From the NCBI RefSeq assembly GCF_006345805.1, contig NC_043005.1, forward strand, positions 17,236,001 through 17,300,000: a stretch of 64,000 bases of DNA. Reading direction: 5' to 3'. The notes beneath the pieces are model-generated. The model had not been told where the DNA came from and did no database searches. It was given only the letters and a program-made list of their open reading frames with translations. Shown piece by piece: positions 1 to 11,906 of this stretch. Source of the stretch: Octopus sinensis (lineage: Eukaryota). The number at the start of each line of letters is the position of its first letter. Within the stretch, counting starts at the first letter, position 1. The position numbers and the translations under genes were made by a program.

Positions 1-420
1 TTATATATTATATATTGTTTATTCATTTTTGCACTTTTTGTGATCTAGTTATATGTTTTAAAATATACCTCATTTTTTATTTATGATTTGGTTTATGCCT
101 ATCATTGTTTGAATTGCATAATAGTGGTTTTTCTCTAATTTATATATTAAATTGAATTTTTCCCTATAAGTTTGGAGTTAGGGCCGACCAAGGCCTTGTG
201 AGCAGATTTGATAGACAGAAACTGAAAGAAGCCTGTTGTCTGTGAGTGTAGAGTGTCCATAAATTACAAACATTACTAAATATGTCCCTAATAGTTATAT
301 TTTTTTGATAAACATAATAGGTTAGATAGGATGATGTCTATATTACAATTACCAATAATATTTTGTGCATGTATAGTAATATTAAGATAATGAAATTAGC
401 ATTAGCTTATCTCACTCTTT

Positions 421-471
421 CTTGCGGAACCCCTAGGATCCTTTTGCAGGGAACCCCGTTGAGAAACACTG
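421..471. mobile_element. Right end of a hAT-like MITE
   Basis: cttgcggaacccc...gttgagaaacactg parallels 58627-58677. The left end was not recognised. Confidence 0.55.
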
Positions 472-1235
472 GTTTAGACAGAAGAGAAAAGGTAGTACCC
501 TATAACTTTTGCAAGGTTCATGACAGGTGAAGGATAGAGAGACCTGAAACCTGGTCCAGATTGCTAGCAATAGACTGTGGGCTCTGCTAAAGGCACTCAA
601 GGAGCAAGTGTTGGTGGTGGCATTGGTATTGGTATTGGTGTTGAACCAGGTGATAGAATAGATTAGATGCAGGTCTTTAACTTGACTGTGCCAAACAGAT
701 CATAATATAACAGCTGACAATATTATCCAGTTCTTTATCTGATGAGCCATACTAAAATTTGGTGCTTTACCATCAAGAATCTACTTGTTATTGATGGTAT
801 ATATAGCTCTCTCTCTCTCTGTTTCTGTCTGCCTGTCTCCCACCCTGACTCTCTCACTTTCTCTTTTTTTCTCTCTCTCTCTCTCTCAGAAGTAGAGAGC
901 TTCAGGCTTTGAATTTGCTCTTAGTAGTTTAGATGCTTTACTGATTATTTTCTGCTAGTGAAGGAATTTTTGTGGTTACCGCAAGCAACTTAATGTCCAG
1001 TTGTAGGCATGTGTCTGTAGCTGTGTGTGTGGCTATGTGTGTGAGATTAAATCTTTGTATGTGTATGCTGGTGCAAGGACAAACTCAAGGACTAAACATT
1101 CTACAGTTCTTCATAACACACACACACACACACACACAATATACACATGTACAAACACACACTAAACATATCCACACTCGTGTATACATACAAACACACA
1201 TAAATATGTAACATAAACACATACAAAATTTGTAT

Positions 1236-1297
<62 letters not shown>

Positions 1298-2109
1298 CTC
1301 TCACACACACACACACAAAACTCTATATACATGACACATGCGCATATACAGACCTACATACAACATATCTCACACATACACACACACACACACACGAAGT
1401 GGATGGTGGATGGTAGAGCAAGGCGTGGTCCTTTTAACCACCATGGCAACAAGCCAGATTCCAGAACACACACACCATTCCTATCATCATATCCTTCACC
1501 ACACCACCCGGTTAAGCATCTATGCTACCATCACTATAAAGATATTACCACTATCATTACAATACAGATACCACCACCACCACCACCACCAAAATATACA
1601 CATCCCCATCATGCCACTATTACTACCATCATACTCAAATCTTTAACATCCCATCACAACTACAATAAAGACATCCCCAGCCGACATCACCACCACAACT
1701 GCCGCCAGCGTCGTCACTGTATATACATTCCCACCAGCAGCCTCTATGTGGTGTCTCGACGTGCTAGAAACAGCAACCAAATTTTCTCAAAACATTTTTA
1801 TTGGATTAATAAAAGACATAGAACGTAGTCTTATGTAGACGTTACAAAAAAAAAAAAATACTGGCTGGTCATGGTTGGAATGTCTTTGATCATAGGGCTA
1901 AACAACAAGCATCAAACTGCACTACCACCACCACCACCACCACCATCACCTCTCACTCTCTTTGGCAGCAACATCAGCAGTCTCCATCACTGATAATACT
2001 ATACTGCCAGCTGCTAAGGTGTGGTCCACCTTAGTTTGCCTCTGATAAAAGCATGCCGAACACAAATGTCTGGGCCATCTTTTTAAACTCTCTGTTTTCT
2101 TACGTCACT

Positions 2110-2394
2110 AGCAGATTAATAATAATAATAATAATAAGAATAATAATAATAAGAAGAACAACAATGAGGAGAAGGAGGAGGAATAGGAGAAGATGAAGAA
2201 GAAAAAAGGAAAAAAGTGGAAGAAGAAGAGATAGAAGAAGATGAAAAAGAGGAAGAAGAAGAATGATGACGACGACGACGACGACAATTTAACATCAGTT
2301 TCTGTGCGAGTAAAAGTGAGGTAAAGAGTAAATGAGCTTTTGTGTGTTTGTGTTTTGTGTGAGAAAGACGTATGAAATGTGCTTTTTACATGCA

Positions 2395-2425
<31 letters not shown>

Positions 2426-2428
2426 AGT

Positions 2429-2464
<36 letters not shown>

Positions 2465-2484
2465 AGAGAGAGAGAGAGAGAGAA

Positions 2485-2516
<32 letters not shown>

Positions 2517-2530
2517 TGAGAGAGAGAGAG
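2110..2530. repeat. Compound microsatellites (TAA)(GAA/GAG)(GAC) and (TG)(TA)(GA)
   Basis: Read directly from the sequence. Confidence 0.95.
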
Positions 2531-3977
2531 AAGGATATTTTTGGATGAAATGTTGTTTATATGAAACACGTTTGTGTATGTGCACATGGATGGGTATGAA
2601 TGGAAAGCCTGTGCCCCAGTATATGTGGATGTTATATTTAGTATAGAAAATGGAAGGTGACAAGTAGACACAGATGCACAGAGGCTTCTTCATCAGTTTA
2701 TGTCTACTTAATTCACTCACTAGGCTTTGAGGACCATTATGTATGTCTTGGAAGGCCATGGAACTGCATCCAAAAAGTTCCTTTACAAAGCACAGGTATT
2801 GAGATATTTTCATGCTGTTGTTCAGACATGCAAGCCTCCTCTCTCCTGGCTACCAAAGGGAAGGCAAAGGTCAATACAGCTTAGAGCCAGTGTCATTGCA
2901 GGCAATGCTATCAGAATACAAAGAACTGGAAGAGACAAAGTTAACCCATCTGACACTCAAACAATTTCTTCAATCCACCATCTTAAACCTTTCGCATTCA
3001 CATTATTCTGCCAAAAGTAATGCTTATTTATTCACAGTTTGGAATTATGCATTATCTCATAGCTTTGAGATTTTGATGAGGCAACTGTTAATTTTTTAGA
3101 ATGACATTTTAGGGTAGGTGTGACAGACCAGATCTGGCCAGTTTGAACATAAAACAGAAAGCGTATTATGGCTGGATATGACCAGTTTAAATACTAAAAG
3201 GCTAAATAAAAATCTTTCTAGGTATTAATGAAATTGGTATTAAAGTACAGTGGAACCTCAGTTTATGAATTTAGTTAATTCCTGAAGGTGTGCTAACAGT
3301 TTCTTATTTCTTTACTGCCCACAAGGGACAACTCACAGAGGAGACAAACAAGGACAGACAAACGGATTAAGTCAATTACATCAACCCCAGTGCATAACTG
3401 GTCCTTATTTAATCGACCTCGAAAGGATGAAAGGCAAAGTTGACCTTGGCGGAATTAGAACTCAGAACATAGCAGCAGATGAAATACCACTAAGCATTTC
3501 GCCCGGTGTGCTAATGTTTCTGCCAGTTCACCACCTTAAGGATGACAGGTGGGATTTGAACTCAGGAGACAGAGGGTTGGAACAAATGCAGCAAAGTGTT
3601 CTATCCAACACTCTAACTACTGCCAATTCCCTACCTTATTCATAATAATAATAATAATGATAATAATCCTTTCTACTATAGATAGGTACAAGGGCTGAAA
3701 TTTCGGGAGAGGGGACCAGTCGATTAAATTGATCTCCAGTGTTTCAATGATACTCTATTGACCCCATAAGGATAAAAGGTAAAATCAATCTTGGTGAAAT
3801 TTGAACTCAGAACGTATCGACAGACAAAATACAGCTAAATATTTTGTCCAGCGTGCTAATGAATCTGCCAGCAATTTCTAAACATTGGTACCACGTCAAC
3901 TTCTCTGAGGGAGGCATGGTTGATTAAACTGAAATTCTATCCCAATACTTCAACTGATATTTATTTTTCAACCTTAA

Positions 3978-4199
3978 CCCTTTCATTACCAACCCGCCTG
4001 AAACCGTCTCTGGCTATGTAGTAGAAATGTCTTGTTTTCATAAGTTTTGAATTAAAAATCTTCCACCAAACCTTAGTCACAATTCATGTTCCTAACATGA
4101 GCTAAATGATAACTAAGTAATTTTACTGAATTCTTTGTTATATTTAAAGTAATTGAAAGGAACACAGAGCATCTCAAAATAAATACAGTAATGAAAGGG
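3978..4199. mobile_element. piggyBac-like MITE-A (TTAA|CCCTTT..TTAC...GTAA..AAAGGG|TTAA)
   Basis: TTAA flanks and short TIR. Further copies lie at 25913-26132, 35050-35269, 44924-45144 and 55111-55720 (interrupted). Confidence 0.85.
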
Positions 4200-4243
4200 T
4201 TAAAGTAATGAAAGGTGAAGACAAACAGTAAGTTTCAAATTTG

Positions 4244-4639
4244 GGATCTTTTCGGTGTCATGAAAATGTCACCCATAATTATGACCCTAGTATCGATCTA
4301 TTGCATTTCAATCTGTTTTAGGGTTAGGGTTGGTTAGGGGTGGGGGAAGGGTATCTTTTTTTCTTCACAAATGTAAATAAACCCAATCTGTTTCTTAAAC
4401 AAGGGACATATTCATACGGCACAGAATATTTTTTATCTCAATAGACGTTGTTGATTGGTTGAAATTGCAGAAATTGAAGAAAAAAAAAACCCAACAAATA
4501 TCTTACAAACTATAGAATTTTCTCAATAAAGCCAAGAGAAAAAGATGTTTTATAAACACATTCTACCAGTATACGAAGTTTAAAATTTTTAGTTACCTAG
4601 AAATTATGTTAAAAACTGCCGTTCAAACCGAAAAAATCC
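4244..4639. mobile_element. Second copy of the GGATC-terminal MITE
   Basis: Same internal sequence as 56530-56943 with the left TIR partly deleted; perfect TSD CAAATTTG at 4236-43 and 4640-47. Confidence 0.9.
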
Positions 4640-5882
4640 CAAATTTGAACTCAACAAACTACATCAACATATCTTTTGTCTGTTACTTCATTGATTTTGT
4701 TAACCTACCATCTTATAAATCTATTGTTGATCATGATGCTGTACCAGTGTTAGGACTATATTAAGGCCAGTTAATGCATTATGTACTACTCAACAAATGA
4801 TACACCTTACAACCTTTCCATTGTCCAATTGACAAAACATTTAAGCATAACAAATTCTTTTTTTATTCTTTTATTTGTTTCAGTCATTTGACTGTAGCCA
4901 TGCTGGAGCACTGCCTTTTAGTCGAGCAAATCAACCCCAGGACTTATTCTTTGTAAGCCTAGTACTTATTCTATTGGTCTCATTTGCCGAACCACTGAGT
5001 GACAGACGTAAGCACACCAGCATCTGTTGTCAAATTCACTCACAAAGCCTTGGACGGCCCGAGGTTATAGTAGAAGACACTTGCTCAAGGTGCCACGCAA
5101 GTGGGATTGAACCCGGAACCATGTGGTTGGTAAGCAAGCTACTTACCACACAGCCACTCCTGCTGACGGTAAAATAATTGTTTAAAAATTCAGTTTTCTT
5201 CTAAGCTCCCATCACTATATTAAGTAAATTTGGTGTTCATTTGGTGTGGTACTTATGCAATCTTTTATGAAAACATGTCCGACCATTGTGCTATTCAAAT
5301 AAGGACTAGAGAAAACAATATTCTACCTGGAAACAGGAGAGGACAGGCAACAAGAAGAGCATCCAGCTGCGGAATATCTGCCTCAAAAAACCTCATCTGA
5401 TCCATGCAGGAATGGAAAAAGCAGACATCAAACAACAACGATGATGATTTATAATTAAATAGCAATCAGTAATATAAGCAAATTTACTTATTGGCATTAG
5501 AAAGGGCATCTAACTGTAAAAACTATGCCAATGAAGACACTAGAATATGATGCAGTCCTTGTTAAACTATCCAATCCATACAAGCATGGAACATGGACGT
5601 TAATGAAGATGATGATGATGATAAGGAAGCAAGAAAAATGCATATTTTTAGCTCTAATTCACTAATTATGGTTAATCTGGCATTGGACAAACTCTGCGGG
5701 TCTCCCTTTTCTTGGTGCCCTAAGCATGAGCTTATTTTATTTAATGATTAACTTGGGTGTGACCGGCACCATTTCATTGCACCTCTAATACATGCTTCTA
5801 TTTCAGTTCTATATTTAAGAGATGAGGAATTATGTACATTATTTACAGTCGACGGATATTTGTCTTCACCTTGCTTGTTGTT

Positions 5883-5925
5883 AACACGTTTCAGCTGATA
5901 TACCCTCCAGCCTTCTTCAGGTACT
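5883..5925 (-). ncRNA. Degenerate minimal hammerhead-like motif, family Y (inverted partner)
   Basis: Minus strand reads gtacCTGAAGAaGGCTGgagggtatatCAGCTGAAACgtgtt. Confidence 0.45.
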
Positions 5926-5949
5926 TGGGGAAATTTCGAACAATGATAA

Positions 5950-6312
5950 TCTATCTATCTATCCGCTCAGTCGAAGTCGACTCTCGGTTACTCGATGGAT
6001 CAGTGTCCTCCAGTCAGTTCTATCCTGGGCGGCTTCTTTCAGATTGGCCATGTCCATTCCGGTATCATTCTTGATGGTGTCAAGCCAGCGGGTTCTTGGT
6101 TGGCCTCTTCCTCTCTTGCCACTGACCATTCCGAGCATGATGTCCTTCTCCAGGAATTTTCTCCACATAATATGACCAAAATATGCCAATCTATGCTTGG
6201 TGATCCTAGCTTTTAGCAACATTTTCGGCCTGATCTGCTTAAGAACTTCTCCATTGGTGAGCCTCGCTGTCCATGGAATCTGTAAAAGTCTTCTCCAACA
6301 CCAAAGCTCGAA
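5950..6312 (-). mobile_element. 5'-truncated RTE (BovB-like) LINE, C-terminal end of ORF with (ATAG)n tail
   Basis: FELWCWRRLLQIPWTAR...YFGHIMWRKFLEKDIMLGMVSGKRGRGQPRTRWLDTIK...DRTDWRTLIHRVTESRLRLSG* matches the RTE/BovB C-terminus. The frame is open to the stop at 5959. There is an imperfect TSD cgaacaatgataat / cgaataataataat. Confidence 0.9.
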
Positions 6313-6373
6313 TAATAATAATAACATTGAAAAATACCTTAGGAATGAAAACTCAGGTTTGAAATTTCTCCAA

Positions 6374-6419
6374 GACACCTGAAGAAGGCTGGAGGGTATA
6401 TCAGACAAAACGTTGCGTT
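6374..6419 (+). ncRNA. Degenerate minimal hammerhead-like motif, family Y
   Basis: Stem I GACAC/GCGTT; CTGAAGA plus an extra A; stem II GGCTG...CAGAC; AAAAC (GAAAC with G>A) then GTT. The inverted partner at 5883-5925 (-) retains GAAAC but has lost 3 nt after it. Confidence 0.5.
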
Positions 6420-7406
6420 AACAACAAACAAGATGAGGACAAATATCCGTCGAATGTAAACAATGTAAATAATGCTTCTATTTGTTGTTTAAAATGTAAA
6501 CTAATTATTGTTTTGTCCATATCTGAACTTGTACAGTTCCACAATATAGAGATAACAACTGAATGCTGAGAGGCACATTTGAGACTGTGAAACACCAGCT
6601 GTCACATTTAGTATGTTGTCTGTCTTTTTGCTAAACAGTCTTCAACTATATTTTGAACCAGTTATACACATTAACTTGTTAGAAGACAAAGACTCGTTCA
6701 TGCCATGACTAAGTTAGTAACACCACCTGATAAATAAAATTTAAAAAAAAAAACAACATAACATTTTTTTTTAACAGTCAACCGGAGGAGACTGCAGCTG
6801 TAACACATCTTCCCACTCGTTTTTCTAGTATATATTGTTTTTCAGATTTAATCTCTAAAGCTTTCCCATTTCCAAATTGATTTTGATTACATCTAAAAGA
6901 TGCTTTATCCTCCTTCAACTCTGACCAGGAAGAAATGCCGTCAACAAACGATATCTAATGATCATTGGATACCGTTTGATGACATCATTTCCGCCAGGTC
7001 AATTTTTGTTTCTAGATAAAATCAATACCATTATGAAAATGGGAAAGCATTGAATTACCATAAGGAGTAGGTTGAGAAAAAAACTTGACAGTTAATTTTA
7101 GAAATATTTGTAAGATCCTAGAACACTACAACACTATCCTCAAAACATTAACCCTTATAGACAATCTAGAGAAAAACATGGCTGTATCATAGACAATACA
7201 ACACTCCATCTCCCCCCCCCCACAAAAAAAAAAAAACTACATATCTACACTATCCCAGAACATTACAACACTATTCCCCCTATTAAGTTCAAACAAGCAG
7301 AAAACACACACAATATATCAATACCAATATATAAATATATAAATTAAATTTAATCCTAAATCTAAATTTTCCCTGTAAGTTTGAATATACTCCCTAATAT
7401 TATTAT

Positions 7407-7441
<35 letters not shown>

Positions 7442-7442
<1 letters not shown>

Positions 7443-7836
7443 TAGCAGCATAGCCCGGCGTTGCCCGGGTATGTAAGAGCCCCTAGTAGGCAACGACTAA
7501 TCCGAATCTAGTTCTTTCCCTCTAGGAAACGAAGGCGCATGTGTAGGTTGCAATGTCTTCTCTTCACTCGAATACTTCTATGTATATGATGTTCCTAGCT
7601 GTCTCCCGACAGAAAATGTGTTGCATATAAAAAGCTTAGATTTTCGACCCCATGTCGAATTTATCGATTTTTTTCAGAACTGGGGGAACTTTTCAAAATT
7701 TTCGGTGCGTTAGTTTTGAATTATGACATTGGGCCATGTGTGTGTCAAGTTTCATCAGAATTGGTTGAAAGCCGTGGTCAGGGTGAGGGTACAACCTAAC
7801 AGCCACACAAACTGCCGTTTATATATATAGAGAAGA
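7442..7836 (-). mobile_element. Non-autonomous Helitron-like element, family 1
   Basis: The minus strand begins A|TCTTCTCTATATATATAAACGGC and ends with hairpin CCCGGGCAACGCCGGG followed by CTAG|T. No TSD. Confidence 0.75.
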
Positions 7837-7842
7837 TATATA

Positions 7843-7882
<40 letters not shown>

Positions 7883-8618
7883 CAATGTATCATATATCGG
7901 GAAAAGAGCACACTCTAAAACAGAGCAGTAATGTATTTATAAGTAGTTAAGTCTAGTCATAGTGACCAATGGTTTAACATCCATAAAGAGCTTAGCCCCA
8001 TGGACAGCTCATCAGACTCTAAAACTCTCTCTTATATATATATTGACAGTAATTTTAGAAACATTTGTAACAACCTAGAACACAACAACTTTATCCTCAA
8101 AACAATTTACATCGTCTGTAAGATAATATAGATGGTCTATAAGGGCTATACACACACACACACACACACACACACATGTTAGTAGAGTTAGAGGTTGAAA
8201 TAACCGTCTAAAGGATAAAAGTATCCATTATACCACTGGTACCAGTATAATTACCTATGTTAACCTTGGGCATACGTATGCAAGCATATTACACTCATAG
8301 GTTACAGGTAATGACAAAGATAAACATGGGTTTATCGGGAATCAAATTTAAAGTTATCAGAAAATGGAGAAATAATGATCAACAACAATTAACTTACATC
8401 AATTATTATTTTTTTAATTCAAAACAAAAAGACTGTATTTTTTAGCATATCAATGGCAATACCAGGTAACACTGGAAGCAGAAACAGCTGTTAGATGGGA
8501 TGCAGTCTATTGTATTGAATTAAAAAATAATAATTGATGTTAGTCAATTGTTGTTGATCAGTATTTCTCCATTTTTTCCCCCTCCGTCTTCCCTTCCTTG
8601 GATCTTTCCTTTTCCTAT

Positions 8619-8653
8619 GTTTCTGATGAAGAGCTCAGCTCGAAACGTTAAAT
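8619..8653 (+). ncRNA. Minimal type-I hammerhead-ribozyme-like motif, family X
   Basis: Stem I GTTT(8619-22)/AAAT(8650-53); core CTGATGA(8623-29) plus an extra A; stem II GAGC-tca-GCTC; GAAAC then GTT (loopless palindromic stem III, ACGT). It sits in a ~200-bp repeat-like segment (~8560-8760). Confidence 0.6.
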
Positions 8654-8756
8654 CCTCCTTCTTTCTTTCCTTTCTTGAGCGTCCAATAACACTATACTTG
8701 TTCCATGTCCTTGCGTTGCTGTGTTTTCTCTTTGTGTTTTCATGTTTGGATTAACT

Positions 8757-8805
<49 letters not shown>

Positions 8806-10794
8806 AATTGAGATAGGGGTTGTAAATGCAACCCTCCATGGGATAACATATATCCAATATACTGCTAGTGAAGTACCCAACAAAGTTAATACATAAATGT
8901 TAAGATGTAATCTATACTTATATTTATATTTACTTATATTCATATTCTCTTTTTTCTATATATTCTACTTATTATACAACATTACTCGTTTATGTACACT
9001 TTTTTATGTACATTCCTTTATGTACACTGATTTGTTCTGCTTTTTTATGTTTAACCCTACAGTCTCTTATGTGGTGGTTTAATAAAGTATGTGATTGAGT
9101 ATTATCTGGTAATTGATATTTGATTTAGATGTATTTCTCCATTTTCTTATCTTGTATATATATATACATCCATATATCAAAAGGTAGTAGCAACAACAGC
9201 AATAACGTCATTGGCTCTAGAAACGGACCTGGGATGCTCACCACCAATGGGGAGTAACAACTGTTGCATCCAAACTTTGTCTTCTCCACTTCACTGTGGC
9301 AAGCATCAGAACCTACATGCACAGAAGTTCAGACCGAACAAAGGAGAAACAGCAATAAACCTAGACATGATACTGGATCTCATATAAGGGTGAGCTGAAA
9401 AGTTCCTGGCTTTGGGTAAAAGAAAGTACAACTAGGCCTTTCGCGATACCCTTAAACTTTTCAGCATCCCCTTGTACAATAGATCCCTGCTTGTCAGAAT
9501 ACACAATCTGGTCCTCAACTAGATGACAGTGCTTTATATCTGGATCAATAGATCTGTAAATCATATCAAGTTATTTAACTGATAATGCATTATGGGTCTA
9601 CTGAATCAATGGATTTGTGGATCACACTGAACTGTTCAATTGATTATCTATGTGTCATAGGCATGCTGGATCAATAATGACCTGGGGCTAAAAAGCAATG
9701 ACAACAGAAGCAATTTTAATTCCCAACGCCCTTGTCATCACTGCTAGGAACTAAGGAGCCTCTAACTAGGTTGTTCAACATGCTAGATGTAGCAGCCAAA
9801 TCTCTCCCAAATCACTCTACTTTCTTGATCAGAGGTATTTGAGATAGGACTGGAGTGAATCAAAGCCAACCTAGGGACAAACACACAATATTTAACAACA
9901 ACAAAATTATTATTGCCTTCATCATCCTTATTACCATCATCACTCACCATCATCCTCATCACCGGCACCATATTACATGGAACAATCCAGCTATTAACCA
10001 CACATATCATTTGAATGACTGGCTGCCTCTAAGTTGCAGGTTTGCTTGATCTTGATCAAGCAAACAGACCCAGGGCTAAATAATAATAACGAGAAACATA
10101 CTTGTATGAAGTGAACTACATTTCTTCCCTTTGCCAAAGAATAATGTTATGGTTGCAAAAATTGAAAATACAACCTTCATATTGCTCAACTATGGCAACA
10201 AGGGACCCTCAATGGAGGTTGCTTTTAAAAAGGAAAAAGTAGCTGAAAATCCCTCAAATAAATAAGCATTACATTTGACAGAACCATCTAAATACTAAGA
10301 GGTCTTCCAGCCATGTTTATATCATCTTGCTGGCGCTTCTGGTACAACATTGCTCAATACATTTTCCCCTTGTTTAAGACAGGATGTGATTAGAGGGAAC
10401 TTGGTAGCTACTTCTAGTATGTCAAGCAACCATGTAGAGGCCCCCTTCGTTGGATTGATCTTTTCGAGTGCTTTTAATATTAAGTGATTGCAAAGATAGA
10501 AAACTTTTTTTGTCCCATGTTCAACAAACATCTCGAGTGTGTATGCAATTATGAAGCAGTTACTAAAAATTACATGTATATTCCCAGGCATGTGTATGAG
10601 AGAGGGGGAGAGAAAAATTCTTCTACCCACACAACTGTAGGATAAATTCAGAATTGTTCATTTTGTGGCTGTTTTTCTTTATGCTTGTTTGTCTATCCAC
10701 CTCTCTCTCTCTCTCTAAATATTGCTCTTTCACCTATTACCACAAATACAATCTCAACTCTTTCTTTCCAAAAATCCTGTCAACTCTGCCCACA

Positions 10795-10839
<45 letters not shown>

Positions 10840-11202
10840 TCACACACAATCACACAATTACAAAAGGCACATCCACACACAATATGCGTAGCACAGCAAA
10901 GTACAGTCATACAGCACAAAAGGCACATCCAGACACAACACTCACCCGTCCCACCCCCTAAGCGTAATTGGTTAGTGAGAGTCACACCTTGTATGTGCTT
11001 CTGGTTCAATACCCGGGGTACTGCTTACAAAACACCAACTGCTTTGAGATTTGACTCAATGGACTACTGTGGACTACTTACTCACCACACAACCATGCAT
11101 TTGCATTTAACTACTACCATTGTTTACTGTACCTCACTTAACAAAGCCGTTAACACTCCTAACTTCCAATTATTATTACAGAACCAATACAGCATATCTT
11201 AT

Positions 11203-11525
11203 CATCATCATCGTCGTTTAACGTCCGTTTTCCATGCTAGCATGGGTTGGACGGTTCGACCGGGGTCTGGGAAGCCAGGAGGCTGCACCAGACTCCAGTC
11301 TGATCTGGCAGTATTTCTACAGCTGGATGCCCTTCCTAACGCCAACCACTCCGTGAGTGTAGTGGGTGCTTTTTACGTGCCAGGCGAGGTTGGCAATGGC
11401 CACGATCGGATTAGTGCATTTTACGTGCCAACGGCACAGAAGCCAGTCAAGGCAGCGCTGGCATCGGCCATGTACGGATGGTGCTTTTTACGCGCCACCG
11501 GCACAGGTGCCAGGGTAGGCTGGCG
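11203..11525 (-). mobile_element. SINE-like family C 3' part with (GAT)n tail and variable ~40-bp internal sub-repeats (representative)
   Basis: Shared block ggagtggttggcgttaggaagggcatccagctgtagaaa. Copies at ~12486-12780(+), 12920-13090(+), 13320-13580(+), 20885-21230(-), 24235-24550(-), 28225-28415(+), 39820-40180(+), 45175-45560(-), 50693-51020(-) and 63835-64000(-). Confidence 0.8.
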
Positions 11526-11864
11526 TAAATATAAATATACACAGTGACAATGGATTGTTAAACAACAGTGAAAAGAAAAAGCTAGTAAGTTCGATCCTCA
11601 TCTCACACCTCTTAAATGGCTTTTGCAGGGCTCAATTTCATAGTGAGACTAAATGCATATGTGTATTTATTCATACATGAATTTATGTACTTCAGTTACA
11701 CTGAGCAAGCAAAAATAAGGCTCTACTTGTTATTCCCTGGTTGAGTAGTTAGTAGCAAGAAGGGACAACACATCTGAGTAGTTACTGGTAAGAAGAGAGC
11801 ATCAATGCAATTCAGCTGTCAATTATTCAAGCAAATAAAATAAATGGGAACATTGGATAATAAT

Positions 11865-11906
<42 letters not shown>

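Larger units (their letters stand above)
5804..6471. mobile_element. Composite insertion: inverted pLTR-like arms (5804-5941 and ~6355-6471) with a nested RTE fragment
   Basis: The arms are reverse complements of each other over ~115 bp. The whole unit is flanked by the 12-bp direct repeat ATGCTTCTATTT (5792-5803 and 6472-6483). Confidence 0.7.

Noticed and set aside
1259-1828. 189-aa His/Thr/Pro-rich ORF (similar at 10654-11547 and 51893-52138)
   Set aside because: Built from (CA)n and (CAC)n simple repeats and SINE-C sequence, with no splice or domain support.
3248-3290. TA|CAGTGGAACCTC Tigger-like left end
   Set aside because: No matching right TIR found; at most a short fragment.
10322-10630. 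102-aa ORF with KGASTWL, faintly like CRE-clade retrotransposons
   Set aside because: A single short motif without supporting flanking similarity.
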